A stretch of 64,000 bases of DNA from Chiloscyllium plagiosum (taxonomy: Eukaryota). Shown in pieces: positions 25,001 to 37,404 of this stretch. The translations under genes were made by a program, and so were the position numbers. Within the stretch, counting starts at the first letter, position 1. The number at the start of each line of letters is the position of its first letter. The stretch lies in NCBI RefSeq assembly GCF_004010195.1, contig NC_057711.1, positions 77,329,471-77,393,470 of the forward strand, in the 5' to 3' direction. The notes below the pieces were generated by a model that saw nothing but the letters and a program-made list of their open reading frames with translations, ran no database searches and was not told the origin of the DNA.

Positions 25001-27540
25001 GGATTCCTACACAATCAATTAAGAATCTTGTAAAAGATTTCTCCAATGCAGGAATAGGTGTTGGAGGTGCAGGTTTTATTACTGCCTGTGGTTTTCCAAT
25101 TACCTGACATGTATGACATGTCTGGCAAAATTCAACCACATCCTTGTGCAGTCCAGGAAAGTAAAAATGTTTTTGTATTTTAGCTTGCGTCTTTCTCACT
25201 TCAAAATGACCATGCGCCACTTGCAACATCACTTCCTTTCCATAACCCACTGGCAATATAACTTGATGATCTTCCGCCCATTTCTCATCTGCCTGAATAT
25301 GTGATGGTCTCCATTTCCTCATTAAGACATCATTTTTAAGATAACATTCAGGGATATATTCCGATTCTTTTTAGGTGTATGCCTTTTGATACAATTGCTT
25401 TACATTTTCATCTTTCTGCTGTAACACAGTTAATTTATCTGAGCTAAAGATGTTTGCTTTGTCACTTATCTGCTCCTGGTTTGTCTCCACCATGTGATCA
25501 AACAGGGTCTCTGCTAATTCCACTTCAACTTTCTTATCTGCATTCTTTGATCTCTCCTGTTTCAGCTGGTGACTTTGTGACCTCATTACCACAGAGTCAT
25601 GAAAAATCCCAGGATATGTGTCCTGCAATAGTTCAGTTGCCCAAGTTTCCAATGGCCTTTCAACCACAATGGGCGGTACTCCTACCTGTGAATGAGTTAT
25701 ATTTGTTAGCAAGGACAAATGGTATTCCTGGAGCTGAGAGTTTGTCCCGTACTCCTACCACGACTTCTCCACTCTTCACTGGACACGCTAACCTCACTTT
25801 ACATACTTGAGCTCTTCTTGTCTCACCATGAAGTCCTTCAGAAGTACATACCTCCTCATCTTTCAACATCACAGATTAAGAGGATCCTGTATCTCTTAAT
25901 ATTGTAACCTCTTTACCTGCTGCTCCTGGCCTATACGAGTAAACTTTACCTTTACGAGTATACAGTTTAAGAAGATCTGGCCCTTCCTCCTTAACCAACC
26001 TCTGACCTGGTTGTACATTGTGATGCAGCTTTCAAGCCTCCACTGTGCTTTCCATTATAATTCCCACAAAATTCACTGGCTTATCCTGTTTTCCTACATC
26101 TGGCTTCCCTGTGCTTTTCCTAACCCATCAACACTATCATTTCATGTGGCCTACTTTATTGCAGTGAAAACACCGGAGCTTATTAACTTCTCTTTCTCCT
26201 TCAAGGGTTTCCTTTTTACCCATGGTAAGTTATTCTTATGATCTTCACCGAGATCTACCTTTTCCTTTCCACTTTAGGATTTCTCTTTTCCCTAACTTCT
26301 ATCTCTCATGGATTGAAATTGATTTTGGAAGCCTGACTTTGCTTTATAGACCAACTCAATCATCAGCCATTTCAACTGCTAATCTTGCCATTTTAACCTT
26401 CTGCTCTTTCACATGAGTTCTCATTACTTCAAGAAGTGAATTTTTGAACTCCTGCATAAACACCAATTTCTGAAGTTCAAACCCCCTCTCTTTCTTCCTT
26501 TCCTCTCTCTCCTTTTCTCTCTCTTCTCTTTTTCTTTTTGTTCTCCTTTTAATCTTCATTAAAATGGTTTCATTTCTATTGTCCTTTCCTTGTCTTTTGG
26601 CTGTAATTAAAGCCTCTCCAATTTCAATTGAATTTTAGCCAATTCTAAAGATTCTGATGGTGTTTCCAGCAAATTTAAATGCTCAGCTATTGCTGTAATT
26701 ATCTCCCCTTCCCTTACAGAAGGAGGCAGCTCCAGCTTGTTTGCTAATTCCAGCAACTTGGCCTTAATCACCTCCTGTAAAACCCCCAAGGTTACTTCTT
26801 CTGCCTCCAGAAAATCCTTAGTGATTGAAAGAGCCATTGCTACCCCAAGCACTGTTTAAACCAACCAAATTCAACACCCAGAACAAAAGACACTAACACC
26901 TACCACTCAGTGCCTTCAAGTCCAACAACCCTAATCCCAAATTGGAACTATAGAACAAATTCCGGATGAGCCCCCAATCTATTATGAACCAGGCCAGACG
27001 CCCTCAAAACATTTCAAGAAAGTGGACCAGACGCTAACTTTGCTAGTTGTGTTAAGCAGGTGTAACGCAGATATTCCAGGAGCGATGCAGCTGGTCAAAC
27101 CATTGAGTTTTTAACAAGACAGAATTTATTTACAAGATTACGGAATGAAACACAAAAGAGGACAGAATACAGAATAAATCTATTCAAAAACCCAGTGTAA
27201 TGATGCTGTTGCCAATACTTGCCACAATCCCCAAAAACACACCATGGCACAAAAGATAAAATCAAAACCAGGGTCTTACAGGAGAGAAGTCAGAGGTAGG
27301 TAGCAGCATGGAATACATTCTTCCCTGTAACTGTTTCTTGGATCAGCAGCGTCAAAACAACTTCACTGTTTTCAGTGGATAGCCAGACCAAACCAGAGAA
27401 AAGCTGAGTTGAGAGAACTGGCCACTCCCCTTTCATTGTACAAGTGTTTTTTTTTTTAAACCTAAAGCCTTTTGCATGAGGCTCAATGAAAAATGAAACC
27501 AAGGATAATATAACCTTGTTAAAGGAGCAGCATCATCACA
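22050..27540 (-). mobile_element. Gmr1-like Gypsy LTR retrotransposon, decayed (gag-PR-IN-RT-RH order)
   Basis: LTRs ~26982-27540 and ~22050-22561. PBS tgggggctcatccgg (tRNA-Pro) at 26962-26976. Integrase (GHFEVRKT..CQTCHTCQ..LIDCVG) at 24400-25320 lies upstream of RT (WSSPIVMVPKPDG..) at 23300-23980 and RNase H at ~22800-23200. Confidence 0.92.
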
Positions 27541-27877
27541 AGGACGAGTAGCCAAGATCTTTTCCCCAGGATAGGGGAATCCAAAACAAGAAAGCATAGG
27601 TTTAAGGTGAGAAGAGAAAGACTTAAAAGGGACATAAGGGGCAACGTTCTCACCCAGAGGGTGATGCGTGTATGGAATGAACTACCAGAAGGGGTAGTGG
27701 AGGCTTGTCTGGGAAAATTACATTTAAGACAGCTGGATGTGTACATGAATAGGAAGGGTTTAGAAGGATGTAGGTCAAATGCTAACAAATGGGATTAGAT
27801 TAATTTAGGACATCTGGTTGGCCTGGACAAGTTGAACTGAAGGGTCTGTTTCTATGCTATACGTCTCTATGACTCTA
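27541..27877 (+). mobile_element. CR1/HER1-type LINE 3' end
   Basis: RVWNELPEGVVE; ctctatgactcta tail. Confidence 0.9.
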
Positions 27878-28074
27878 CAAACATCATCTTCTAGAAATAC
27901 GTGTTAGTATATAATTATTTGATTGGTGATAATGGAGATATTGTTGCAAGTGGTCAGTTTGACATTTTCTACAAAGACAGTCTTGTCAGCAGGTTCTGCT
28001 CAAAACTTGATGCACAAAATCAACATTTTTATACTGACATGTCCACACCTTTGTCCACTATCAAAGAATGAAAA

Positions 28075-29220
28075 GGAACATCTGGACAACAAGGATACCT
28101 ACGTCAGACTCTTGTTCATTGACAACAGCCCCGCCTTCAACACCACTGTCCCCTCCAGACTGATCTCAAAACCCCGTGACCTTGGTCCCGGCTCTGCCCT
28201 CTGCAACTAGATCCTCAGCTTTCTGACCACACACCGCAATTAGTTAAGATAGGTAACTGCACCTCCTCCTCAACACTACTCAACACTGGTGCCCACCAAG
28301 AATGCATCCTCAGCCCGCTGCTGTACTCCCTGTACACACATTACTGTGTTGCCAAATTCCAAACACATGCCATCTACAAGTTTACTGATGACACCATCAT
28401 ATTAGGACGGATATCTAACAACGATGAGTCAAAATACAGAAGGGAGAGAGAGAGAGCTTGGTGACATGGTGCAATGATAACAAACTCTTTCACAACATTG
28501 GCAAAACTAAAGAACTGACTTCAGGAAGAAAGGTGGAGAACACACCTCCATCTACATCAACAGAACTGAGGTTGAGAGGGTGGAGAGTGTCAAGTTCCTC
28601 AGAGTGAAAACATCCAACCTGTCCTGGACCTCCCATGTAGATGCAATGGTCAACAATACCTTTTCTTCTTCAGGCAGCTCAGAAAATTTGGCATGTCCAT
28701 AAGGACCCTCACCAACCTCTACAGATGCACCACTGAAATCATACAATACGGGTGCATAATTGCCTGGCACGGCAACTGCTCTGCCCAGGATTATAAGAAA
28801 CTACAGATGGTGCTGTGCAGAGCATAGACCATACAGAAGCCAACCTTCCATCCATGGACTCCATTTACATGGCTCACTGCCACAGAAAGGCTGCCCACAT
28901 CATCAAAGACCCATTGCATCCCCGGTAATGAGCTCTTACACCATCTTCCATCAGGCAGAAAACACAGAAGCCTGAACACATGTACCAGCAGGTTCAGGAA
29001 CAGCTTCTTCTCAGCTGTTGTTAAACTGATGAATGATCTCTCTAGCCTCAAATAATGTTGATCCTGCTAACATTGTTCTTGCCAAGCATCCTGTCAGTGT
29101 GATCTGTATGCCTCTAAGTCTTTTTGATCTGTACATCCTTGCCTACTATGATCGACCTGTACTGATTGTAAACAAAGGTTTTCACTGTACTTTGGTACAC
29201 TTGACAATAAATAAATCGAT
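28075..29220 (+). mobile_element. Rex1/Babar-type LINE, 5'-truncated
   Basis: [36 protein letters not shown]; 3' end acaataaataaatc. Confidence 0.82.
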
Positions 29221-30109
29221 TTGTGTAATTCATACAGAAACTGTATCTGTATGATGAAACAGAGTCAGGGTTAGGGTTAGAATTTATATTCTACAAATTC
29301 AAAGGCTTAATTCTTGCTGCATCACTTCTCAGGTAATCGCTCTGTACTTCGCCACATAATCTTGAATGTCTTGCACAGAAAGCATGGAAGTATTCTTCCT
29401 TACTGCAACTAATATATGATCAATAAGAATTTACACTATATTAGAATTAGTCTATATGCACTCTGTATGCTTTACCATTATCTCACGACCTCCTGATGTT
29501 TTCGAACTTAGTACTTATTTGCTTTTCTTTCAGGCATATTTTAAACCTATAAAGAATACAAGGCTTTAAAATATGAAGGAGAAATGTAATTTGCTACCTG
29601 CGTCACGTTAGTTCCTTCTGGAATGGCCACCTGCTGCTGAGATTACGTGCTCATCCTCCTGGTCACTGCTGGGAAGACTGTAAACTCACCAAGACACCTG
29701 ACTCTGTTCCTACAGCTATCAACTCACGTCCCCAACTGGAAATGTTGTGATGAAACTGCTTCCACTTTCCTAAACCTTCTTCAACGATCATACATTTTTA
29801 GAATTTGGATAGAAATGGAAGTGGTTGTGTGACCAAGTAGTGAGTTCTGAAAGTCTAAGAGAGGAGGATCCTGGGAATCATTGGTGTCCTGTACATGGCA
29901 GTTGGGAAAGGTCTATGAAGACATTTGTAACATGCAGCGCGCGGGTAATCATTGGTGCACGTGCAGATTTTGATTTCCGGTGTGCAACACATGCAGCTTA
30001 TAGGGAATGTTAGTGGAGTGGTGTGGATTTATAGAATATATACAGATTGTTTTCTTTATCACTGTGAATATGAAATAATTATGAAAAAATAATTTAGAAC
30101 TCTTCTTCT

Positions 30110-30650
30110 ACAGTAAGACAAGATTAGTTAATAACCTTGCAGTAAAGTAATTAGGAAGACAAATAGGTTTAGTTTTGCAAAATTGTTGAAATACAAGAGT
30201 AAGGCTTGCTACAATAACACAATCGTTTAGTGAGACTACATCTGGAATACTGTCTACTGTTTGGCCTTCATATTTAAGGATGAACCTGCATCGGAGATGG
30301 GACAGCAAAGGTTCACTAAATTGGTTCCTGGTGTTTTATAGGATGGTGTTGAGATATTGCTTCTGCTATTTGGAGAATTTAAAACATGGGACACAGTCTC
30401 CAGACAAAAGTTCAATCATTTAAGACTGAGATGAGGAGAAATTACTTCACTTGAAAGGTTGTAAATCTTTGGAATTCTTTATGCCAGAATTCTGACAGAG
30501 ATAGAGTAATGATCTCTCAGGAAATGAGAGGATAGTGGGAACAAGTGGGAAATGGAGTTGAAGCCCAAAATCAACCATGATTATAGTTGAATGGCAGAGC
30601 AGACTCAGTCGGTCATATTGTCTACTCTTGTTCCAATTTCTTGTTGATGA
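30110..30650 (+). mobile_element. Old CR1-type LINE 3' fragment
   Basis: Degenerate LVRLHLEYC and aggagaaattacttcac..ttggaattc motifs plus CR1-like tail. Confidence 0.65.
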
Positions 30651-33600
30651 TTGATCTTGATAACACAACTTTAAGTTGAATTTAAGAGTGATAAAGTTAA
30701 TTCCATAATAAGAATCTTAAATCTAAACATAGCAAATATAAGGGTATGAGAGGTGAATAGGCTTAGGTAGTTTGGGAAAATACATTTTTAAGAATGACAG
30801 AAGACAACTAGTGGCTGACATTTTGAACATTAATAAATGTTTTGTAAGAAATTTGCATCCCTTTAAGGCACAAAAGCCCCAGAGAAAAAGTCTTGTTTAA
30901 GAGGAAACAGAGATGATTTAAAGGAAGTGATTTAGAATTTTCAGAAAGGAACAACAAGCCTGAGGGTGAGGTAGATTTTAAAATTCAACAAATTTGACAA
31001 AAGAAATCTGACAAAGAGAAAATATGATCAGAGAGTAAACTGGTTAGAAGCCTGGGGTTGAATTATCTGACAGGAATTGGAATTGTGGTATTGTGGGCAA
31101 CATTTAACATTGCATGATGGGAAAAAAATTGGTCAATTCCTGAGTTATAATTCAGAAAGTTAAAGGACACAAGATCAGAAACAGCTTTCAGGACCAGGCT
31201 GAATGTAAACAAATTCCATAAGTTTGATAAAACTTCAGTAATCTTTTTCACGGCTCCTTGTATATTTTGAACTGCAGGTCTTAGCCAAAACAAAAGGTCC
31301 ATATAATAGAAACAGAACTATGGAATGATGAAAATTATTCATTTTTGTTAAGACTAAGGTTCAGTGTTACAGGTAACATACATTTCATGATAATTTGTAA
31401 ATTCCTCAGCATATTTTATAGAATATAATGTACACCTTTCTTTTGTAAAGGCATGAAACTTGGAAGGGAAATAGGGAACGACTTGGATCCTTCTTCTTTC
31501 CAAGTTTCAGCCAAACTGCCATAGTATTTACAATTAAGGCTGATTGTTGTCAGTTCAATCGATGTTTTGAGTATTGCTGATTTCTTTTGCTCTCACAGAT
31601 CTCTGCTAATGAAATTCTGCTATGACAGAATAACAACGCAGAGTCTTTACGTGGGTCTCAAGCCTAACATTGTCTGATGCAGCCATCCTGTGTAATCTTC
31701 CCAGAGCTGGTTGCTTATGGTAGTCCTGTTCAATTATAGATGGCAAAAACGCAGCACAGATGAGAGAACCAATCAGGGTTCTTGAGGCTGTGGGAAGCCA
31801 GCCACTACACTGAGAAAATGGCGACTGCTAATCTAGGTGAAGGACTGTTTGGGCACTTCACAATGACGTTGCTGTCTGAACTATTCTACATTGCTAAAAG
31901 TACATGTGGTCACAGCTGCCAGGCCATCGATAATTGATTTACAACCTTGACACCAGGTTATCATTGTGGCTCTGAAGGCCTGCCTTTGAGCGGCCACCTC
32001 TAGAGAGTTAGCAGGCTTTACAAAATACTGAGCCTTCATTGTGGTAAAATGAATACATCTCCAATAGAAAATGGAGCTTCATTGATGAATTAGCTGTTCA
32101 TGTCATGCAGGAGGCTACCAACTTTCTTCCTGCTGAATCTTAAGTTCCTATAGGCACAGGAATATATTTTCGAATTAACCTATTCGGAGATGTAATGACT
32201 CAATTGCACAATAATGATTTGGGAACATGGAAGATAAACCAGAACAATAGGGAGTAACAAAGCAAAATAGAAAGGAAAGCGTATTTTAACTTGTTAGAAA
32301 TTAAGAAATGTTGGGAATCAAAGGAACTGAAAAAAACGTGTTTTCTCTCTTCTCACTTTTAAGTAGCAAGGTTATGTTTCTTGCTTACCCATCCTTAAAA
32401 ACTGTAACAGATCTAAGGAATACTAGAAGATCAAAATCAATGCATCCACTATCACCATAGCTACCTCTTTTAAATCCTAAGTATGTAAGTCATCAGTTCC
32501 CAAAGATATATTACACTAAGTCCTATTAATTCCTCCATCACTATTATTTTATTTGCGTTGATTTCTTTAAGTTCCTCATTCACTCCAAGCCCTTGGTTTC
32601 CTTTGATCTTTAATATGATTATTGCACCTTCTAATGTGAAGAAAAATAGAAATTATTTGAGTATTGTTGAAAAAGGGCATACCTTGTCAAAGCTTTTTGT
32701 CTTGGATACATCAGGACAATTGCAAGAATAGTAAATTGAAAGGAAAGACATATTGTCCGCTAGCATATAAGACAAATTGTTTTGATAGAAGTCTTTTTTC
32801 AGCAATATCCACATTCTGAACTATGAAATGTGCTTGTTTAATGTTGCTGACATGTCTGTGTTTCTTATTATAATTTCCCTATCTCTGACTTCCAAAGATG
32901 ATTTCACCAATCTCTTTCTATTTAGATATCCATAGAAACCTTTGCAACCTGTTCTTAAACTTGCTAATCTACTCTCATATTCTGTTTTTTTCCTTCCTTA
33001 TCAATTTCTAGGTCTTCTTTTGCTGACTTCTAAAATCTTTCAATCCTCAAGTTTCATAAATCTTTTCCTTTGATCTCATACCATCTTAAACACTTGGTAG
33101 TGACAGTTGCATGATTTCTTCTGCGGATTTTTAAAAAATGAATGAATATTGTTACAAATTGTGTTGTTAACTTGCTACCCAGATGGAGTAACTTAGCAAG
33201 CCCTCAGCCCCAAGCTCATTATAGCCTTGATGCAAACATGGATTGACAAGCTGAGCTCAAGGCATGAAGTGTGAATATAGCCCTTGACATTTGACCAAAT
33301 GTGGCATTAAGGTGTCCCGCAAAACTGAAGCCAATGGAATTCTTCACAGGTTGGAATCATTCCCAATGATTCCTGAATGTCAATCATCCCAGCCACAGGG
33401 CATTGCTGCAGGGATTCCTTGGGGTCATTTCCTAGGACTATCTTCTGATGCTTCATCAATAAACTCCCTCGAGATTCACTTTCAAGATTCTACCATCTTA
33501 TGGTCACTTTTCCTTCTAGGCCCTTTTACTACAAGATTATTACTCAACCCTTTCTCAGTGCTATACTACACTTGAACATGAAGTCTAAAATAGCTGGCAG

Positions 33601-33829
33601 TCAGAAGTAAAGGAAAATAATTGGTAGCTCAACTGACCATAGAACTAGACAACTATTCCAAACAACTATTGGCAATATACACATGACAGCAAAATACGTA
33701 ATCCTGAAAATAAACCAGAAGGGAATGACAGAAGGAACATGGCATGAACTGATAATTTGACCTACTTTACACTCAAACATGCGTACACAAGCACACACAC
33801 AGAATTTTTACATGCATATTTTTTACTTC

Positions 33830-34165
33830 ATTTATGTGATGTGAGAATCATTTATTGCCTATCCCTCGATGCCCTTGGGAAGATTATGTCGAGTTGCCTT
33901 TTGAACCACCAATTCCTTTGGTGAAAGTAGACCAACAATTCTGTTGGAGAGGGAATTTCAGGATTTTGACCCAGCGACAGTGGTCTGGAGTAAAACTTGT
34001 AGGTGATGGTGTTTCCACATATCTTCTGTCCTTGTCCTTCTAATTGGCAGTGGTCATAGGGTTGGATGTGTTCATGTTTTTTTTCACAAGTCTTACTTTC
34101 ATGGGATCTGGATGTTATTGGAAAAGCTAGCATTTGTTGCCCGTCCCTCAATGCTTTTTAGAATG
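33830..34165 (-). mobile_element. CR1/L2-clade LINE 3' fragments
   Basis: Reverse of the 3' UTR type seen at 12990-13190. Confidence 0.6.
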
Positions 34166-34590
34166 ATGTGGAGGTGCCAGTGTTGGACTGGGGTAGACAA
34201 AGTTAAAAATCACACAACACTAGGTTATTGTCCACCAGGTTTATTTGAAAGTACAAGCTTTTGGAGCACTGCTTCTTCATCAGGACAGGATCATAGAACC
34301 CAGAATTTATAGTAAAAGATCAAAATGTCATACAACTGATGTGATGTATTGAACAAACCTAGATTTCTGTTAATCACTTAGATTAACAGAAAGCAACTGG
34401 GGTTGCTTTCTTGCTTATCCCAAAGTCCTTCTCGGAGGAAGTTCACCCATATATCTGAAGCCGAATGTCCTTGACCGCTGAAGTGTTCCACCACTGGGAG
34501 GGAACATCCCTGTCTGGTGATTGTTGAATGGGGTTTATTCATCTGTTGTCATAGCATCTGCTTGATTTCACCAATATACCATGCCCCAAA
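34165..34590 (-). mobile_element. Third PLE family fragment (pseudo-LTR plus GIY-YIG remnant)
   Basis: - strand WYIGEIKQML at ~34550-34581; hammerhead-like cctgatgaagaagcagtgctccaaaagct at 34256-34284. Confidence 0.72.
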
Positions 34591-34591
34591 G

Positions 34592-35550
34592 TATGTTGTT
34601 GTTGGAGGTCTCAGATCTCAGCTCCAGGACATCACTGCAGGAATTCCTCACGGTAGTGTCTAAATCCCACACACCTTTAGCTGCCTCATCAATGACCTTC
34701 CCTTCATCAAAAGGTCAGAAGTGGGAATGCTCATCAATATTTGCACAATGTTTAGCACCATTTACAGCACCGCAGATACTGAAGCAGACCATGATCAAAT
34801 GCACAAGATCTGGACAATATCCAGGCTTAGGCTGACAAATGACAATTAACATTCACATCACACAAATGCCAGGCAATTATCATCTCCAATAAAGAGATAA
34901 TCTAATCATCGCCCCTAACATTCAATGGGTGTTACCATCACTGAAACCCCCATTATCAATGTCTTTAGGGTTACCATTGACCAGAAACTCACCTAGACTC
35001 ACCATACAAATACAGTGGCTACAAGAGCAGTTGAGAGGCTTGGAATGTTGTGTGAGTAACTCACCTCCTGACTCTCCAAAGTCTGTTCACCATCTACAAG
35101 GCAGAAGTCAGGTATGTTATAAAATACTCCTCACTTGCCTGGATGAGCGCAGCTCTGATAACCCTCAAGAAACTTGACACCATCCAGGATAAAGCAGCCT
35201 GCTTGATTGGCACTACATCCACAATTATCCAGGGCCACTGCTCAGCATCAGCAATGTGTACTCTCTACAAGATGCACTAGAAATTCACCAAAAACCCTCA
35301 CTCAGCACCTTCCAAACCTGCAACAACTTCATTCTAGAAGTAAATTGCGAACACCAACACCTGCAAGTTTCCCTTCAAGCCACTCATCATCCTGACTTGG
35401 AAACATATTGCACTTCCTTCACTGTTGCAGGGTCAAAATCCTGGAGTTCCTTCCCAAATAACATTGTGGGTCAACCTACAGAACGTGACTACAGTGATTC
35501 ACCACCATTTTCTCAAGGCAATAAATGCCGGCCATCCAGTGATACAATTG
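34592..35550 (+). mobile_element. CR1/L2-clade LINE 3' kb
   Basis: LINDLPFI..; 3' UTR atcctgacttggaaa..gggtcaaaatcctgga..aataaatgc. Confidence 0.8.
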
Positions 35551-36227
35551 GATAAAGTAAAGGCACTGGAATAAAAATGACACACCATGCCAAATGACTC
35601 TGCAAAGTCCTCCTGACTAATATCTGGAGATTGGTGTCAAAACTCCAATAAGGAATAGTCGACCAACAGCTTGATGTGGTAATGCTCATTGTGTCATACC
35701 TTAGAGTGAATTATTTAGACACTACAATCACCATTGCTTCATATGTTATGTCTCACCAGCAGGTCATTATACCATGTTGAATACTACTTGGAAGAAGCAG
35801 TGAGGGTGACAAGGGCTGCCAATGTATTCCTACTGGGGAAATTCAGAATCAATGTGGCAAAAGAATTACTTGGTCGCACCACTGTTTGAACTGACTCAGC
35901 AACATAGCTGTGAGATTATACTTGTAACAGCTAACAATGGAATCAACAAGATGGCAAAACATACTGGAGCAATATATCTGTGGGTGATCCACCTCTCCAT
36001 GACAAAACTGATAACAGTGATCGTGAACACAGTACTTGTGAAGACAAACTTCAAATTGAGGATACCAGGCATTAGGTTATATTTTGTCACATTACTCGTG
36101 TTCTAAGCAATATTGGTGCAGGAAAGATTAAGCAGCTCAAAACTGTCCATCCACGAGACACTGTGGACCTTTGGTGGCAGCAGAAATTTGACCAACCACA
36201 GCTTGTAAACTCATAGACCAGAATATC

Positions 36228-36543
36228 ATGGGTGGCACAGTGGCACAGTGGTTAGTACTACAGCCTCACAGCACCAGAGACCCGGGTTCAATTCCCACCT
36301 CAGGCGACTCTCTGTGTGGAGTTTGCACATTCTCCCCGTGTCTGCATGGGTTTCCTCCGGGTGCTCCGGTTTCCTCCCACAATCCAAAAATGTGCAGGTT
36401 AGGTGAATTGGCCATGCTAATTTGCCCGTAGTGTTAGGTGAAGGGGTAAATGTAGGGGAATGGGTCTGGGTGGGGTCCGTGTTGGTGTGGACTTGTTGGG
36501 TTGAAGGGCCTATTTCCACAGTGTAAGTAATCTAATCTAATCA
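36228..36543 (+). mobile_element. HE1-type SINE, full length
   Basis: A/B boxes, core and (aatct)n tail. Confidence 0.92.
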
Positions 36544-36557
36544 TATCCTATATATAA

Positions 36558-37404
36558 AGAACTGGCTCAAAGGTAGAAGACAGAGGTTGGTGGTGGTGGT
36601 AGGTTGTTTTTCAGACTGGAGGCCTGTGACCAGTGGAGTGCCACAAGGATCGGTGCTGGGTCCTCTACTTTTTGTCATTTATATAAATGATTTGGATGCG
36701 AGCATAAGAGGTACAGTTAGTAAGTTTGCAGATGACACCAAAGTTGGAGGTGCANNNNNNNNNNNNNNNNNNNNNNNNNNNNNNNNNNNNNNNNNNNNNN
36801 NNNNNNNNNNNNNNNNNNNNNNNNNNNNNNNNNNNNNNNNNNNNNNNNNNNNNNNNNNNNNNNNNNNNNNNNNNNNNNNNNNNNNNNNNNNNNNNNNNNN
36901 NNNNNNNNNNNNNNNNNNNNNNNNNNNNNNNNNNNNNNNNNNNNNNNNNNNNNNNNNNNNNNNNNNNNNNNNNNNNNNNNNNNNNNNNNNNNNNNNNNNN
37001 NNNNNNNNNNNNNNNNNNNNNNNNNNNNNNNNNNNNNNNNNNNNNNNNNNNNNNNNNNNNNNNNNNNNNNNNNNNNNNNNNNNNNNNNNNNNNNNNNNNN
37101 NNNNNNNNNNNNNNNNNNNNNNNNNNNNNNNNNNNNNNNNNNNNNNNNNNNNNNNNNNNNNNNNNNNNNNNNNNNNNNNNNNNNNNNNNNNNNNNNNNNN
37201 NNNNNNNNNNNNNNNNNNNNNNNNNNNNNNNNNNNNNNNNNNNNNNNNNNNNNNNNNNNNNNNNNNNTATATGAATAGAAAGGGTTTGGAGGGATATGGG
37301 CCGTGTGCTGGCAGGTGGGGCTAGATTGGGTTGGGATATCTGGTCGGCATGGACGGGTTGGACCGAAGGGTCTGTTTCCATGCTATACATCTCTATGACT
37401 CTAT
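36558..37404 (+). mobile_element. CR1/HER1-type LINE spanning the assembly gap
   Basis: [29 protein letters not shown] before the gap; 3' tail after it. Confidence 0.88.
36755..37267. other. Assembly gap (N run)
   Basis: 513 consecutive n. Confidence 1.

Larger units (their letters stand above)
20821..30013 (-). mobile_element. Decayed hAT DNA transposon fragmented by nested insertions
   Basis: Termini cagtgttccc and cttatagggaatgttag. - strand transposase pieces are in order: ~29230-29560 (ILIDHILVAVRKNTSMLSVQDIQDYVAKY..AFEFVE), ~27880-28070 ([15 protein letters not shown], catalytic D region), ~21060-21560 (LLDICATLQASNANCENGFRLMNLI, dimerisation domain). Confidence 0.78.

Noticed and set aside
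29520..29590. Acceptor-like ttttctttcag suggesting a host exon
   Set aside because: All frames stop quickly, and it lies within the hAT remnant.
32660..32740. Further hammerhead/PLE tail remnant (- strand cctgatgta..aaaagct)
   Set aside because: Core too mutated to support.
36587..37390. Long ORFs of 182-245 aa
   Set aside because: Artefacts of translating through the N gap.
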